From positions 32,001 through 96,000 of the forward strand of contig JBGTGT010000101.1 in the NCBI GenBank assembly GCA_041746575.1: a stretch of 64,000 bases of DNA, given 5' to 3'. Both the position numbers and the translations under genes were made by a program. Under the pieces are notes generated by a model. It searched no databases and was not told the origin of the DNA. It was given only the letters and a program-made list of their open reading frames with translations. Positions 11,201 to 22,747 of the stretch are shown here, one piece after another. Within the stretch, counting starts at the first letter, position 1. Every line of letters begins with the position of its first letter. The stretch comes from Microcystaceae cyanobacterium. GTDB taxonomy: Bacteria; Cyanobacteriota; Cyanobacteriia; Cyanobacteriales; Microcystaceae.

Positions 11201-14200
11201 GCGCAGTTAAATGCTCAAAGCTTAAAAGCGAAAACCCTACATACGGTCAATATCTATGTTCGTCATTGGCGAGAACCGTTAAAAAACACTTTACAGCCTC
11301 TCCAACAAGCCTATCAATTGGGATTGGAAAATGGAGACTTAGAATATGCAGCCTTGTCGACCTTCAGTTACTGTTTTTATTCTTATGTTTGTGGTAAGCC
11401 GTTAGAAACCGTTCAACAAGAGTTAGAGGATTGTCGAGAAGCCATCGCCAAAATTAGTCAAGAATTTGCCCTACAACGAATTTCACTGTATCAACAGGTG
11501 GTTTTTAATTTAATTAATGAATCGGAATCACCCGATTTATTACAAGGAGATTATTATGATGAAGTTTCGATGTTAGTGGCTTATAAAAGGGCTAACAATC
11601 ACAATGCTATTTTTCATCTTTATTTGAATAAAACGATCTTGAACTATTTGTTTGAAGATTATAATCAAGCGTTAAGAACTTGTCAAATTGCTTTGCCATA
11701 TTTGCAGGGAAACATTGCATCTTTAGTGTTGCCTCTCTTTGCTTTTTATGAATCTTTAGTCATTGTTGGCGTTCTTTCTCAGCAGTCTCTTAAAACTCGC
11801 AAATTCTATTTAAAAAGATTACAACAGAATCAAGCAAAGTTAAAAAATTGGGCTAATTTTTCCCCTAGTAATCATCAACATAAATATTATTTAGTCAAAG
11901 CAGAAAAATATCGCTTATTGGGCAAAATAGAAAAAGCAATTGATTACTATGATAAAGCAATTGAAGCGGCAGATCGCCATCAGTACATTCAAGAGAAAGC
12001 TTTAGCGAATGAACTAGCAGCTAAATTTTATTTAGGACAAAATCGCTGGCGTATTGCTCAAAGTTATATGCTTGAAGCTCAATATAATTATATTAAGTGG
12101 GGGGCAATTTATAAAGCTAAACAACTAGAAAATACTTACCCTGAGTTACTGTCTCTGCAAAAAGAAGCCTGTTTAAAGCTGGCTCAAAAATCGTCTTTTG
12201 CGAGAACGAGCCGTTCAAACAACACAAATACCCTCGATTTACAAACGGTTTTTAAAGCATCTCAAATTTTGGCTGAAGAGATTGTCTTAGATAAATTGTT
12301 AGAAAAGTTAATGAAAGTTGTTTTAGAAAATGCTGGTGCGCAAAAAGGGTTTTTAATTTTAGAAAAAGGAGGCAAGCTATTAATTGAAGCCTCAGGAACA
12401 ATTGATCCTTTCGCGATTGCTGTTCGTCAATCTCTGCCGCTCAAATCAGTTGCAGGTTTATCTTTTTCTATTATTAACTATGTCAAACGAACTCAGAAAA
12501 CGCTAGTGTTGGGGGATACAACGCCAGAAATTTTTTCAAGTACTGCTCCTATTATTCCCGAATCTACGGCAAAATCTTTGTTATGTACACCCATTCTTAA
12601 ACAAGGCGAACTCATCGGTCTTTTATATTTAGAAAATAATCTAACAACACGTGCCTTTACACCCGATAGAATAGAAGTTTTAGAGATTCTTTCGACACAA
12701 ATTGCGATTTCTTTAGAGAACGCCTCTTATTATGAAAAAATGGCGAATTTGAATCAGTCTTTAACTCAAGAAATTACTGTTCGACGAGCCGCAGAAAACC
12801 GCTTACGCGAAAGTGAAGAACGCTTTCGGATTATTGCAGAAACATCTCCTGTTCCCATTTTAATTGCTCGCTTGGATGATGGAGAGATGGTTTACGTAAA
12901 TCAAGCGTGTAGTTCACTGGTAGAATGGCCAATTGAATCTTTATTAGGGCAGAAATCGGCAGATTTTTATGTGAATCCTCAAGAACGAGAGCATTATATT
13001 CAGCAAATGCTAACAGAAGGAAAAGTTGATAATTATGAGATTTTAGTTAAAAAGAAGGATGGAACTCCTTTTTGGATTAGTAGCTCATCGCGTCCGATTC
13101 TATTTAACGGGGAAACGATGTTATTAACGGCCTTCTTCGATTTAACGGAAAGAAAGCGTATTGAGCAATTTCAAGCCAATTATAGCCTCAAATTAGAGAA
13201 AGACGTCCAAGAACGCACTAAAGAACTGAGTCACACTCTAGAAGTCTTAAAAGCGACGCAAGCGGAATTAGTCTTTGAAAATTCCCTTCTTCGAGAAACA
13301 GAACAAGTGATCGCCTATAATTATCAAGTGGGGGGAAGTCTGCCGTTGGATGCGCCGACTTATGTGGTTCGTTCTGCTGACCGAGAGCTTTATAAAGCGT
13401 TAAAATTAGGAGAATTTTGCTATATTCTTAATCCTCGGCAGATGGGAAAGTCTAGTTTGCGGGTACAAATGATGAGACGCTTACAATTAGAAGGATACCT
13501 CTGCGCGGCGGTGGATTTATCGGCGATTGGCAACCGTCAGATTACCCTCGAACAATGGTACGCTGGCTTTGTCTATTCGTTAGTGAGTCAGTTTTCAGTC
13601 ATGGATCCAGTAGAATTAAGGACTTGGTGGCAAGAAAATATGTTCATTTCCCCTGTACAGCGTTTAGGAGAGTTTATTCAGACAATTTTGTTGGCGAGAA
13701 TTCCTGAAAAGCTGGTGATTTTTATTGATGAAATTGATAGTGTGTTAAATTTAGACATTGAACTGGATGATTTTTTCATTTTATTACGTAATTGTTTTAA
13801 TAAAAGAGCAGATAATGCTGAATATAAACGATTATCTTTTGTTTTTTTGGGTGTTGCGACGCCCTCTCAATTATTACAAGATAAAACCCGTACTCCCTTC
13901 AATATCGGTACGTTTATTCAACTAAGAGGATTTCAAGTCCATGAAGCACAACCCTTAATTCAAGGATTAAAAGAGAAAGTAAGCAATCCGCAGGCATTCT
14001 TAAAGGAAATTATTGACTGGACTCATGGACAACCCTTTTTGACTCAAAAAATCTGTCAGTTACTGCGAAATTCTAAAGAAACTATCCCTCTCAATCAAGA
14101 AGCAGACTGGGTTAGACAATTAGTGGAAACCCGCATTATTGAAAATTGGGAAAGTCAGGACGAACCTGAACACCTGAAAACGATTAGAGACCGTTTATTA

Positions 14201-14410
14201 GCGAATTATTCTAAGTTACCTCATTTATTTGATTTATATCGTCAAATTTATCAAACAGATGCCGTAATCGCTAACGATAGTCTAGAAGAACGAGAATTAA
14301 TCCTCTCTGGACTAATTGTTAAAGAACAGGGCAAACTTAAGGTTTACAATCCTATTTATCGCCGAATTTTTACGGACTCTTGGCTCAATTCTCTCCTTGA
14401 TAACTCGTAA
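8258..14410 (+). CDS. Multidomain Ser/Thr kinase - ATPase - helical - GAF - PAS - second AAA-like ATPase
   Basis: HKDINP/IDFG/YISPE kinase; GYSGVGKS and FLDDLQW; GAF (SLLCTPI...LYLEN); PAS; YQVGGSL...NPRQMGKSS...FIDEID. Confidence 0.9.
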   Translation: MITLSGYQLLHKLYESDQSLIYRGYRQSDRQPMIFKILKQEYPSPTELTRYQQEYEITRRLEVDSAIHTYGLEKYKNTLIILLEDFGGESLSHLIKHRSFSLEDILKIAIKVTEGLAQIHEMNIIHKDINPANIIVNLEKEQVKIIDFGISTALPKENPILQSPNVLEGTLYYISPEQTGRMNCALDYRTDFYSLGATLYELLTSRPPFISNDEMELIHCHLARIPIAPHQIDPLIPPILSEITLKLLAKRADERYQSAWGIKADLEISLEQLQEQNQIVSFPLALKDHSHRFQLPQKLYGREAEIQTLLAAFDRVCNQVPSQSEIVLISGYSGVGKSALVREIYQPLTKARGFFIAGKFDQYQRDIPYSAIILAFQDLISQLLTEKENKLTIWRRKLKAALGNNGQVMIEVIPDIELIIGSQLSIPVLPPTEAQNRFNFVFERFIQVFTQPDHPLVIFLDDLQWSDPASLQLLQRLIKGENSQSLLLIGAYRDREINLTHPLHFTLEVIQKSQVRMTLIALNSLNLSDINQLIGDGFKCSEENAESLAQLILEKTNGNPFFVNEFLRSLYEKNLLYFNHQQENWQWNLEEIKAQAISENVVDLMTQKISTLDRDIQTVLKNAACIGNQFDLKTLALLIDQSFSRTAQLLTSAMTEGLIVPLNDQYKLIQSEVSGNQTDLKVKYRFSHDRIQQAAYSLMNPAEKPLIHRQVGQLLLEKIPVDQREKRIFDIINQLNMVIPQITSDAERKDLAALNLIAGKRAKASAAYQSAYQYFTIGRELLTLTGWQFHYHLMLEICTETVEVAYLNGDFWAMENLAEEVLQKALTLLDKIKVYEVKITAYKTQSQSLEAIKLAISVLEELGLKIPQNPQRIHVILSYYQTKWMLLRTGQSVQALSQLPPLKDTGLQAAMRIMAGLLAVTYFASPKLMSILICRMVQISIEHGLSPVFPLAYAAYGGLLCGNFNDIKTGYQFGELAIKLLAQLNAQSLKAKTLHTVNIYVRHWREPLKNTLQPLQQAYQLGLENGDLEYAALSTFSYCFYSYVCGKPLETVQQELEDCREAIAKISQEFALQRISLYQQVVFNLINESESPDLLQGDYYDEVSMLVAYKRANNHNAIFHLYLNKTILNYLFEDYNQALRTCQIALPYLQGNIASLVLPLFAFYESLVIVGVLSQQSLKTRKFYLKRLQQNQAKLKNWANFSPSNHQHKYYLVKAEKYRLLGKIEKAIDYYDKAIEAADRHQYIQEKALANELAAKFYLGQNRWRIAQSYMLEAQYNYIKWGAIYKAKQLENTYPELLSLQKEACLKLAQKSSFARTSRSNNTNTLDLQTVFKASQILAEEIVLDKLLEKLMKVVLENAGAQKGFLILEKGGKLLIEASGTIDPFAIAVRQSLPLKSVAGLSFSIINYVKRTQKTLVLGDTTPEIFSSTAPIIPESTAKSLLCTPILKQGELIGLLYLENNLTTRAFTPDRIEVLEILSTQIAISLENASYYEKMANLNQSLTQEITVRRAAENRLRESEERFRIIAETSPVPILIARLDDGEMVYVNQACSSLVEWPIESLLGQKSADFYVNPQEREHYIQQMLTEGKVDNYEILVKKKDGTPFWISSSSRPILFNGETMLLTAFFDLTERKRIEQFQANYSLKLEKDVQERTKELSHTLEVLKATQAELVFENSLLRETEQVIAYNYQVGGSLPLDAPTYVVRSADRELYKALKLGEFCYILNPRQMGKSSLRVQMMRRLQLEGYLCAAVDLSAIGNRQITLEQWYAGFVYSLVSQFSVMDPVELRTWWQENMFISPVQRLGEFIQTILLARIPEKLVIFIDEIDSVLNLDIELDDFFILLRNCFNKRADNAEYKRLSFVFLGVATPSQLLQDKTRTPFNIGTFIQLRGFQVHEAQPLIQGLKEKVSNPQAFLKEIIDWTHGQPFLTQKICQLLRNSKETIPLNQEADWVRQLVETRIIENWESQDEPEHLKTIRDRLLANYSKLPHLFDLYRQIYQTDAVIANDSLEERELILSGLIVKEQGKLKVYNPIYRRIFTDSWLNSLLDNS

Positions 14411-14486
14411 ATCGTCATCCATTTTATAATTAATATTTGATCAATCTAAAAATTCTTTTTTTCTAATTGATTATCCGTTTACTTTA

Positions 14487-15020
14487 ATGCCTAAAATTCT
14501 ATTAACCTCTTTTCAACCTTGGTTATCTCATCATTGTTCTAATAGCTCTGATGATTTATTAGAAAAATTGGAAAATCAACAGCTTAATGACCTTTCTCTT
14601 CTTTTCTTACGTCAACTTCCAGTGAACATCTCTCAAGCTCACCAAAGGGTTTTAGTTGCTTTAGAATGTCATCAACCCCATGGTGTTATCTGTTGTGGAA
14701 TGGCCGAAAAACGCACTCACTTGAGTATCGAATCTTGTGCCATTTGGGAATCTAAAAAAGTACAAACTTCGGTCAATTTATCTCAATTAATGCTATCATT
14801 ATGTCACACCCACTTGAGTCATGATGCCGGTAAATTTGTCTGTGAAGGACTTTATTATCATGTCTTGAAATATTGTCAGTCTCTTAGCCCCTCTCTGCCG
14901 TGCTTATTTGTTCATGTTCCTTTATTTACACCATCCAATACGTCTCAAATTTTAGGGGATTTTTGTTTAATTTTAGAACACTTTAAAGCTTCTCAATGTC
15001 TAAAGGATTATTTTGCCTAA
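14487..15020 (+). CDS. Pyroglutamyl-peptidase I (C15) family protein
   Basis: ILLTSFQPW, SHDAGKFVCE, FVHVP. Confidence 0.85.
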   Translation: MPKILLTSFQPWLSHHCSNSSDDLLEKLENQQLNDLSLLFLRQLPVNISQAHQRVLVALECHQPHGVICCGMAEKRTHLSIESCAIWESKKVQTSVNLSQLMLSLCHTHLSHDAGKFVCEGLYYHVLKYCQSLSPSLPCLFVHVPLFTPSNTSQILGDFCLILEHFKASQCLKDYFA

Positions 15021-17226
15021 CAAAATCTAACAAAATTTTTCGTTCTGCTGTTGCGATCGCTTGATAAACCCCTTCTACACTGGCAGATTCAACAGAAATA
15101 GCATCAATCCCCCAACGGATAAATTTTTCAATTAAATCGGGAGAATGAACGGGTAATTGTCCACAAATTGAACAGGGAATTTGATGTTTTTTGGCTTGCT
15201 TAATTATTTGTTCTAATGCCTTCATTAATGCGGGATGGTGACTAATTTTCGGGTCGCTTTCCCAAGACGTTTCTCGATTAATTCCTAACAAAAATTGGGT
15301 TAAATCATTTGTCCCTATGGCTATTCCTTGAAGCCCTGCTTGAATATAATCCTCTAATAAGAAAATCGCTGAAGGAACTTCTGCCATAATCCATAACTGA
15401 AAGGTTTCTATTTGATCTAAACCTACCTTTTTTACCCAATTTTGACAAAAACAAAACTCCTCAACTCCCCGCACCAAAGGTAAAATTAAATGGATCTGAT
15501 GATACCCTCGAGCTTGCCAGTATCGTAATGCCTGTAATTCAATCTCGAAAAAACGAGAATCTACTAAATAAGCAGAGGTTCCTTGACTAAAAGGGAATGA
15601 GTTTTCTTTTTTTAGGTCTAAAGATCGGTAAAAAACGGGACTATCCTTAAAATGCACGACAAATTGCCCAATCAATTCAATTAGATGAGCTTTCAATTGT
15701 TCCGCATGATACGTTAGCCATTGATCCAGCGATTTCTCTTGAAATAAATCGAGTAACATTAATTCTGAGCGAATTAAACCGATTCCATCAATCGGTAGCC
15801 TTTTGATCTCTGTGAGGAAGGTGGGTTGACTCATATTAACCCGTAGCTGAGTGGCAATGACAGGAGACGCAATTGTCTTCTGGATGAAAGCGGGATCAGT
15901 CAATTCTTGTTTCACCCCTTTAAATGGATAAATTTGCCCTTTATTGCCATCAATCGTCATGATATCCCCTGAGTGAAGTCGTTGTCTTGCTGCTTGAACC
16001 CCTACCAGAGCAGGAATTCCGACTTCTCGTGCTAAAATTGCAGCATGACTGGTCATTCCTCCTTCCTCTAATACGATTCCCGCCGCATTCCTAAGCCAAG
16101 TTAACAATTGTGGAGAAATTCGATCTGCTACCAAAATATGCTGAGGAGGAATCGCTTGATAATCATTAGATAAATGATAAATAGGTGCGTTTGCCAGACC
16201 TCTTGAGGCAGAAATCCCTTTTATAACTTTATTGTCCTTTATTTCAATGCTTAAATCGGTGAGATGGACAACAAAAGCGGGATGAAGGCGATGGATAGAG
16301 ATAGAGGAAGAAAGCGTCGTGTCAATGTCGGGAATTGTCCACTCAAACAGAAGAGGTTCATCAGAAAAAGAGGTTAATTTTTGTCCTAATTCACTAAATT
16401 GTTGTAAAAAAAGATCATTTAATACAAAATTCTCTTGCTCAGTTTGAGATAAAACATATCCTTCTAAAAAAGTGGTATGATGGGCAGTTGATAAGCGATA
16501 GCCATAGCGTTTATGACCCAATTTTCGTAAATTTAGACATGAGTGAACCAAATTAAGGTGATATTCATCAGGATCAACTTCTCCTTTTAAAATACTAAGA
16601 TCTTCTCCCCATGTCGCCTTTAGGGTCAAGTGATCGCCCGCTAAATAGGCCGTTCCAGAAGCGATCGCCGGATTAAGGGGATGAACCAAGACAGTAAACG
16701 GAATTTTTTCTAGTTTAATGCCGCTTCGATCGCAAAATAGAAGGCTTTTCGCACTAAATACAGATGACCACACCTTCTTGATCGCCCATTCTAACGATTC
16801 AGGCGAATTTGAGCAAATCTGAGCGGGAAAAATGCCCCCCATATCCTGTGAAGCCATCAGGGATAAAGGGGAAGCTCTAACCATCAAAGTAGAGGATGCC
16901 AAGGTTTGACTTGCTTGCCAACAGTCATCCCACACCAATGATTGAAAAGGCGTTTCCATAATTGCTTGGCGACTTTGCAGGGCAACAAATTGGAGTGAGC
17001 GAGGATTATCTACATCTAAATACAAAGAAGAACTGGGAAAATCAGCTAACAAAGAAGATGTTTTAGCAACTGATGCCAAAAATTCCTGAAAAATTTGATT
17101 ATTAATGACAAATCCCTCGACGACAGGATATCCTCCTCGATAAAGCTGACTAAGGTGGAAAGCCTCATCACCCACCCAAGAACGATCAAGCGTTTCAATC
17201 TGATTGAACCAATAAAGCGTGGTCAC
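14983..17226 (-). CDS. PEP-utilising enzyme family protein (divergent PEP synthase-like)
   Basis: GGMTSHAAILARE phospho-His motif, GIGLIRSE, IGTNDLTQ, CSICGQ. Confidence 0.85.
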   Translation of the reverse strand: MTTLYWFNQIETLDRSWVGDEAFHLSQLYRGGYPVVEGFVINNQIFQEFLASVAKTSSLLADFPSSSLYLDVDNPRSLQFVALQSRQAIMETPFQSLVWDDCWQASQTLASSTLMVRASPLSLMASQDMGGIFPAQICSNSPESLEWAIKKVWSSVFSAKSLLFCDRSGIKLEKIPFTVLVHPLNPAIASGTAYLAGDHLTLKATWGEDLSILKGEVDPDEYHLNLVHSCLNLRKLGHKRYGYRLSTAHHTTFLEGYVLSQTEQENFVLNDLFLQQFSELGQKLTSFSDEPLLFEWTIPDIDTTLSSSISIHRLHPAFVVHLTDLSIEIKDNKVIKGISASRGLANAPIYHLSNDYQAIPPQHILVADRISPQLLTWLRNAAGIVLEEGGMTSHAAILAREVGIPALVGVQAARQRLHSGDIMTIDGNKGQIYPFKGVKQELTDPAFIQKTIASPVIATQLRVNMSQPTFLTEIKRLPIDGIGLIRSELMLLDLFQEKSLDQWLTYHAEQLKAHLIELIGQFVVHFKDSPVFYRSLDLKKENSFPFSQGTSAYLVDSRFFEIELQALRYWQARGYHQIHLILPLVRGVEEFCFCQNWVKKVGLDQIETFQLWIMAEVPSAIFLLEDYIQAGLQGIAIGTNDLTQFLLGINRETSWESDPKISHHPALMKALEQIIKQAKKHQIPCSICGQLPVHSPDLIEKFIRWGIDAISVESASVEGVYQAIATAERKILLDFVRQNNPLDIEKL

Positions 17227-17298
17227 AGCCTGTAACCTCTAAAGGATGAAAATCTATTAGCAACAAATTCCTTAGACATTAGTTGTGTGTTTATCGTC

Positions 17299-17436
17299 AA
17301 AAAAGTTGAACGTTTTAAATTTTCCTGTCCTCTTTTCTGACTCCTCATTTTCTCGTCTTGATTGTTCAATTGAGTATGTCCGACGATTTCTCATAGATAG
17401 GGATTGAGCGATGGGACGGAAGGGTTCAACTTTTTT
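17299..17436. repeat. 13-bp perfect inverted repeat closing a ~140-bp imperfect hairpin
   Basis: AAAAAAGTTGAAC (17299-17311) / GTTCAACTTTTTT (17424-17436). Confidence 0.6.
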
Positions 17437-17494
17437 TATCTTAAGCAATTTGTCAATAAGCTGTGATATATCTTAACATCAATTAATTATACTG

Positions 17495-17520
17495 AAAAAA
17501 GACAGACGCAACGCCTGTCT
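17495..17520 (-). terminator. Intrinsic terminator of petC-petA
   Basis: AGACAGGCG-TTG-CGTCTGTCT followed by a T run on the minus strand. Confidence 0.7.
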
Positions 17521-17549
17521 CTCAGAAATTTAACAAACCGCTCAAGATT

Positions 17550-18533
17550 TTAGAAGTTAGCTTCTGCGGCTTGAACCCGTTCGATTTGTTTTTTCTTAAG
17601 AACGAGGAAGATTTGAGCTAACATAATAACCCCTAAGAAGACAACCAGAGCGACAATCCGACGCGGGTCCTGGAGAACCACTTCCGTATCTTTTTGACCA
17701 AATCCGCCAACATTGGGGTTTTTATTCAAGACCTCTCCTGCCGTCACTGCTTGTCCTTCTGTGACAGTCAATTCTAGGCCATTGGGAATGTTATCCACCA
17801 CGTCTCCGTCCTCTGTGGCAAGGGTTATCTGATAACCGCTATCTCCTTGGCTAATTTGGCTGATAGTGCCACTAGCTGAGGCTTTATAAGCATTATTATT
17901 GCTCAGTTCCCCAGTGGGATAGATTTGACCACGACCACGGTTTGCCCCCAAATGAACGGAATATTTACCAAAATGTAAGTTTTTGTCAGTTTTGGGATCG
18001 GGCGAGAGAACCGGAACGACGATTTCTTGATATTGATCCCCCGGTAGCGGTCCTGCAATAATCACGTTCTCTTGATCTTCCCGATAGGGTTGAAAATAAA
18101 CGCCCCCGACTTCTTCGTTTAATTCATCAGAAATGCGTTCGGGGGGTGCAACCTTAAAGCCTTCTGGTAACATTAACACAAAACCCACATTGAGACCCCC
18201 TTTTGAACCATCCCCTAACACCTGTTGACTGTTCGTGTCGTAGGGAATTTTAACCACTGCCTTAAAGACAGAATCGGGTAAAACCGCTTGCGGAATTTCG
18301 ATTTCGGCAGGTTTTTGGGCTAAATGGCAGTTAGCACATACAATGCGCCCAGTGGCTTCACGAGGGGTTTCTGGGGCAGTTTGTTGCGCCCAAAAAGGAT
18401 AGGCGGAGGCAGATTGCGGGAGATACAGATCACTCAAAACCCATAGGGTAACCGTGGCTAAAAACAGTAAGAGTCCTTGGGTAATAACTTGCTGAAAAAT
18501 TCGTCTAATTGCCGTAAAATCAACTTTTTTCAT
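17550..18533 (-). CDS. petA: Apocytochrome f
   Basis: YPFWAQQ mature N-terminus, CANCH heme motif, C-terminal TM and LKKKQ; ATG at 18533. Confidence 0.98.
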   Translation of the reverse strand: MKKVDFTAIRRIFQQVITQGLLLFLATVTLWVLSDLYLPQSASAYPFWAQQTAPETPREATGRIVCANCHLAQKPAEIEIPQAVLPDSVFKAVVKIPYDTNSQQVLGDGSKGGLNVGFVLMLPEGFKVAPPERISDELNEEVGGVYFQPYREDQENVIIAGPLPGDQYQEIVVPVLSPDPKTDKNLHFGKYSVHLGANRGRGQIYPTGELSNNNAYKASASGTISQISQGDSGYQITLATEDGDVVDNIPNGLELTVTEGQAVTAGEVLNKNPNVGGFGQKDTEVVLQDPRRIVALVVFLGVIMLAQIFLVLKKKQIERVQAAEANF

Positions 18534-18586
18534 TGTAATGGTCGTAAAAATGGAAACTATGCGCTGAAAATAACAATTGAAAAGGA

Positions 18587-19129
18587 TTAAGCCCACCAAG
18601 GCTTCTCATCCGTCCGAAAATCGGTTTCTGTCCATTGAGTAAAGACCACTTTATCATTCTCATCAACGGTGGTGTGGACAAGGGCTAAAGACAAAGGAGC
18701 AGGCCCACGAACGACTTTACCCGCTGTATTGTATTGAGAACCATGACAAGGACAGATAAATTTATTTTCACTGGCATTCCAAGGGACAACACAACCCAAG
18801 TGGGTACAAACGGCGTTAATGCCATAATTGGCAATGGTGTCATCGCCTTGAATAACGATATAGGTAGGATCTCCCTTTAACCCTTGAGCTAAAACGCGAT
18901 CGCCGGTATTGTGACTGGCTAAAAATTCAGTAGCCACAACATCATTGCCTAACGCATCTTTAGCCGTGATACCGCCTCCTGAACCGCCACTAGAAGGGGG
19001 AATGAAGTATTTAACAACAGGATATAATGCTCCTGCTGCAACGCCGGTAATCGTGCCGAAGGTTAGTAAATTCATGAATTGACGTCGCCCCAGATCGGGG
19101 ACATCAGATGAACCAGAAAGTTGAGCCAT
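18587..19129 (-). CDS. petC: Cytochrome b6f Rieske iron-sulfur subunit
   Basis: Tat motif RRQFMN, CTHLGC and CPCHGS. Confidence 0.98.
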   Translation of the reverse strand: MAQLSGSSDVPDLGRRQFMNLLTFGTITGVAAGALYPVVKYFIPPSSGGSGGGITAKDALGNDVVATEFLASHNTGDRVLAQGLKGDPTYIVIQGDDTIANYGINAVCTHLGCVVPWNASENKFICPCHGSQYNTAGKVVRGPAPLSLALVHTTVDENDKVVFTQWTETDFRTDEKPWWA

Positions 19130-19407
19130 AATAACAATGTCTTGATCAATAACTGAGTGTAATCGCTAGTCTGGTTAACCTCCAGACGAGGCAGCCCCAA
19201 AGCTGAAAAATCGCCATTTGGCTGGTCATAATTATTCAGTTTAGTCCCATAGGGCATCGATCACAACTGCTTCAATGCGTCTAGTCATACCTTATCCACT
19301 TTACTGTGACCTGTTCCCTGTTATGGTTTCCCTTTCCTTTGGAAAATCCCTCAAAGATTCACTATCATAAAGGTGGCACTCATTCATTTTGTTCATTTAA
19401 AAGTCTT

Positions 19408-19803
19408 ATGGAAAAGGTCAAAAAAACAGAAAAAGAGTGGAAAGAGATTTTAACGCCTGAACAATTTCGGGTCGCTCGCAAAAAAGGGACAGAACAAGCA
19501 TTTACAGGTAAATATCACGACAATAAACAAGCAGGGATTTATCAATGCGTTTGCTGTGGTCAAGACCTATTTTCCTCAGAAAGCAAGTATGATTCAGGTA
19601 CAGGATGGCCGAGCTTTTGGCAACCGATTGCTGAAAATCGCATCAAAACCGAAAATGACTTTAGCTTGTTCATGCGTCGCACTGAAGTGTTATGTTCCGC
19701 CTGTGATGCCCACTTAGGTCACATTTTCAACGACGGACCCCCACCCACAGGTCAACGTTACTGCTTAAACTCTGCCGCTTTAGATTTTGCAGAAACGCCT
19801 TAA
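19408..19803 (+). CDS. msrB: Methionine-R-sulfoxide reductase
   Basis: GTEQAFTG, two CxxC, SGTGWPSF, HLGHIF, RYCLNS; ATG at 19408. Confidence 0.95.
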   Translation: MEKVKKTEKEWKEILTPEQFRVARKKGTEQAFTGKYHDNKQAGIYQCVCCGQDLFSSESKYDSGTGWPSFWQPIAENRIKTENDFSLFMRRTEVLCSACDAHLGHIFNDGPPPTGQRYCLNSAALDFAETP

Positions 19804-19938
19804 ATAGGGGACTCAGGCACAAAATTTACAGAATAAAAGGGGAGAAAGGCAAACGGCAAAAAAATCGAGCAAAATTTCAATACCCTCAGCAGTGTATTGA
19901 GATCTCCCCTTATTCTGATATGATAAGGGCGCACCAGC

Positions 19939-20373
19939 TTGCAAAAACGACTTGAGACAACCCGAAAAACCGTGTCCACCCTAGAACGCATTGAATCAAT
20001 TAAGGCGGGTATACTGGGAATGAGCAGTTTTACCTTTTGTCATTGCTTTTTTTTAGTTATAAAAGGCCATTTGACCCTATTTTGGTTCTTTTCTCCCGAT
20101 CTGATATTCAAGATTCTCATTGCTTTAATTACGGGGGGATTATTTGGACTGACTTATCGTTACATTATTCGAGGGGAAGATAATACGCATCTCAAGGATG
20201 GGGCAGTCTTAGCTTTTGGTTTAGTGAGGGGTTTAGCTTCCTTGGAATCAACTCCCCATTTTCTGGAAACGTGGCAACAATCGAGCTTAATTCTCGGAGA
20301 AAGCTGTCTATGTTTCTTCATCGCCCGTTTGACTTTAGATTGGGCTTTTATGCAAGGATGGGTTAGTCCTTAA
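19939..20373 (+). CDS. Hypothetical membrane protein
   Basis: LFGLTYRYIIR...HLKDGAVLAFGLVRGL; start uncertain. Confidence 0.7.
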   Translation: MQKRLETTRKTVSTLERIESIKAGILGMSSFTFCHCFFLVIKGHLTLFWFFSPDLIFKILIALITGGLFGLTYRYIIRGEDNTHLKDGAVLAFGLVRGLASLESTPHFLETWQQSSLILGESCLCFFIARLTLDWAFMQGWVSP

Positions 20374-20459
20374 TTTTGTCCTTTTCTCTACATCGTTCAG
20401 AATCGTCAGGCAGGTTGCTTGTTAAACTGAAGTCATCCTTTTAAGATTTCGCGCTCCTC

Positions 20460-21032
20460 ATGATGACTTATAATCATTCATCGAATAAAAAGATATTTTC
20501 CGTTTTCTCTGTCTTGATTTTAGGGATAATTTCGTCAGCAGTCGGGTTAACCGTTTCTGCAGAACCAGTAATGACGTTTAGCTCGTCCCCTCGACTCATT
20601 CGTTCTATGACCACCTATCGCAATCCAAGCGTTTTAGCAAACTACCAATTTACCCTTGAAATTCCCTCAGATGCGGGAACTCCTTTGAAAAAAGTCAAAA
20701 TCACGCAACAGTCTAATTTAGAAATCATTCGGTTCTTTCCTGAGCAAACCAAAGCGTTTATCGGCCAAAAATTCATCAATAAAGACGATCAAATCATTCC
20801 AATCGAAAGTGCTATTTTTGAAAAAAATACAGAAAATTCTCTACTGATAACTTTTACTCAAGGATTAGAACCCGGAACGACCCTGACTCTTTCTTTACGC
20901 GGAAAAAACCCTCGATATGGTGGAATTTATCAATTTGGAATTACGGTTTTTCCAGCAGGAAATCAAGCTCAACCGCTTTATCTAGGGGTTGGCCGAATTC
21001 ATTTTTCTCAACCCGGAGGAATGGGGAGTTAA
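20460..21032 (+). CDS. DUF2808-like secreted protein
   Basis: Signal peptide, NPRYGGIYQFGITVFPAG. Confidence 0.8.
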   Translation: MMTYNHSSNKKIFSVFSVLILGIISSAVGLTVSAEPVMTFSSSPRLIRSMTTYRNPSVLANYQFTLEIPSDAGTPLKKVKITQQSNLEIIRFFPEQTKAFIGQKFINKDDQIIPIESAIFEKNTENSLLITFTQGLEPGTTLTLSLRGKNPRYGGIYQFGITVFPAGNQAQPLYLGVGRIHFSQPGGMGS

Positions 21033-21188
21033 AGAAATGCACCCTTAATCCCTAACAAGATTTGAGGTTAATCGTTCAGGGCAAATCTGAGAAAATTCTG
21101 CAACTTTCCGCTTCTTCGTCGAGATCATACTAACCTAAAAAGGGAAAACAATCCTTATCCCTCACTATGATCAGGAGAAATTCTACTT

Positions 21189-21809
21189 ATGTCAGAAGCA
21201 TCTATTATTGAAAATCGAGACTATACGCTGATGATCGACAAAAGCAGTAGTATGGCTATCTCTGATGGAGCAGATGGTAAAACGCGCTGGGAAATTGCTC
21301 AAGAATCTACCCTAGCCCTCGCAAAACAGTGCGAACAAATTGACCCCGATGGCATTACCGTTTATCTGTTTTCAGGACGCTTTAGACGCTACGATAACGT
21401 CACCTCGGATAAGGTCTCCCAAATCTATGCCGAGAATGAACCGATGGGCAAAACCGATTTAGCCACTGTACTACAGGATGGATTAAAAAATTATTTTCAG
21501 CGCAAAGCGACCGGAGAAACTAAAGAAAATGGTGAAACATTTTTGATTATTACTGATGGTGAACCTACCGATCGTAAAGCGGTAATGCGAACCATTATTG
21601 AAGCGACTAATCTGATTGAGCGAGATGAAGAATTAGCAATTTCCTTAATTCAAGTCGGTCGTGACAAGAAAGCGACGGTTTTTTTTAAAGCTCTTGATGA
21701 CGAATTACAACAAGCCGGTGCAAAATTTGATATTGTTGATACCGTAACCGTTGAAGATATGCGAAATATGTCTTTAACTGAAATTTTACTCAAGGCAATT
21801 ACCGACTAA
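21189..21809 (+). CDS. VWA domain protein
   Basis: MIDAS motif DKSSSM, IITDGEP; RBS AGGAG. Confidence 0.9.
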   Translation: MSEASIIENRDYTLMIDKSSSMAISDGADGKTRWEIAQESTLALAKQCEQIDPDGITVYLFSGRFRRYDNVTSDKVSQIYAENEPMGKTDLATVLQDGLKNYFQRKATGETKENGETFLIITDGEPTDRKAVMRTIIEATNLIERDEELAISLIQVGRDKKATVFFKALDDELQQAGAKFDIVDTVTVEDMRNMSLTEILLKAITD

Positions 21810-22218
21810 GTTTAAAGGAAAAAATCAGCCATCAAGGGGAGTTTAGAACCCCTCCCCCTCTAAGCAGAGGGATGATCTATGTCTCCCCGCTCGTCTCCTA
21901 TATTATTGTGAGCCATAAGATTAAGGTTTTCTTAATATAAAAAGTCTGCTTTTGTCCGATTTGCCAAGGGACTAAAACTTATGCTACATTAACCACCAAC
22001 TAAGCGATCGCGTCTGTCAATGATTGAGGTTAAATCCCCTTCTAACAGGTAAAAAACCCTAAAGCCTGATCTCCAATAGACAGGGCTAAACAGTCTTCGC
22101 TTAGGAAAGAAAACAAAGTTAAGGCATCCATTCCTTTGACTTAGAATTTTTTGAGTCAAAAGGCAATCTTCACTTAACCCAATCTTATAAGTCATCTTTC
22201 TACAATACGGAGGACAAA

Positions 22219-22623
22219 ATGCGTCAACTCAAAACCTTTGTAATTATCCTGTTCTGTACTTTATCCTTCACTTTTGTAATCTTTGCTCCTGCCAGTCAAG
22301 CCGACCCTTTTCAAGCAGAGGTTACATTGAGCCAATCCTATTATTTTATGGGATTCTTTGACCGTTTTAAGGCAAAAAGTAAGCAATTAGAAGGACAAGC
22401 TCAAGAAGCAAAAGGAAAGCTCACCAATGATAAAGCAGAGCAACTGAAAGGCAAATCAAAACAGCTTCAAGGAGACACAATGGAAGCGTCCGAAAATACG
22501 GGCGATGCTGTCAAGAAAACGGGCAAAACAGTCGAAAACACGATTGACGAAACCTCTGAAAACCTCTCAGAATCCTTTAACGCCTTAGGGGAAAAACTCC
22601 AAAAAGCGATGGAAGCGCAATAA
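22219..22623 (+). CDS. CsbD-like stress protein with N-terminal signal sequence
   Basis: KQLEGQAQEAKGKLTNDKAEQLKGKSKQLQG; RBS GGAGG. Confidence 0.8.
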   Translation: MRQLKTFVIILFCTLSFTFVIFAPASQADPFQAEVTLSQSYYFMGFFDRFKAKSKQLEGQAQEAKGKLTNDKAEQLKGKSKQLQGDTMEASENTGDAVKKTGKTVENTIDETSENLSESFNALGEKLQKAMEAQ

Positions 22624-22747
22624 GTTAAATTCTTTTTCCTCATTCAAGCGGAATTAGAATTTGAGATCCGTAGGGCGAAGTGCGATCGCCTTTTATTGAT
22701 AGAAAAAGACGAAAATAGATCGTTCGCCCCAAATTCTAGGAGAATTC

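Noticed and set aside
17462..17478. TGTGA...TAACA CRP-like site
   Set aside because: The spacer is 7 bp rather than 6 and the right half is imperfect
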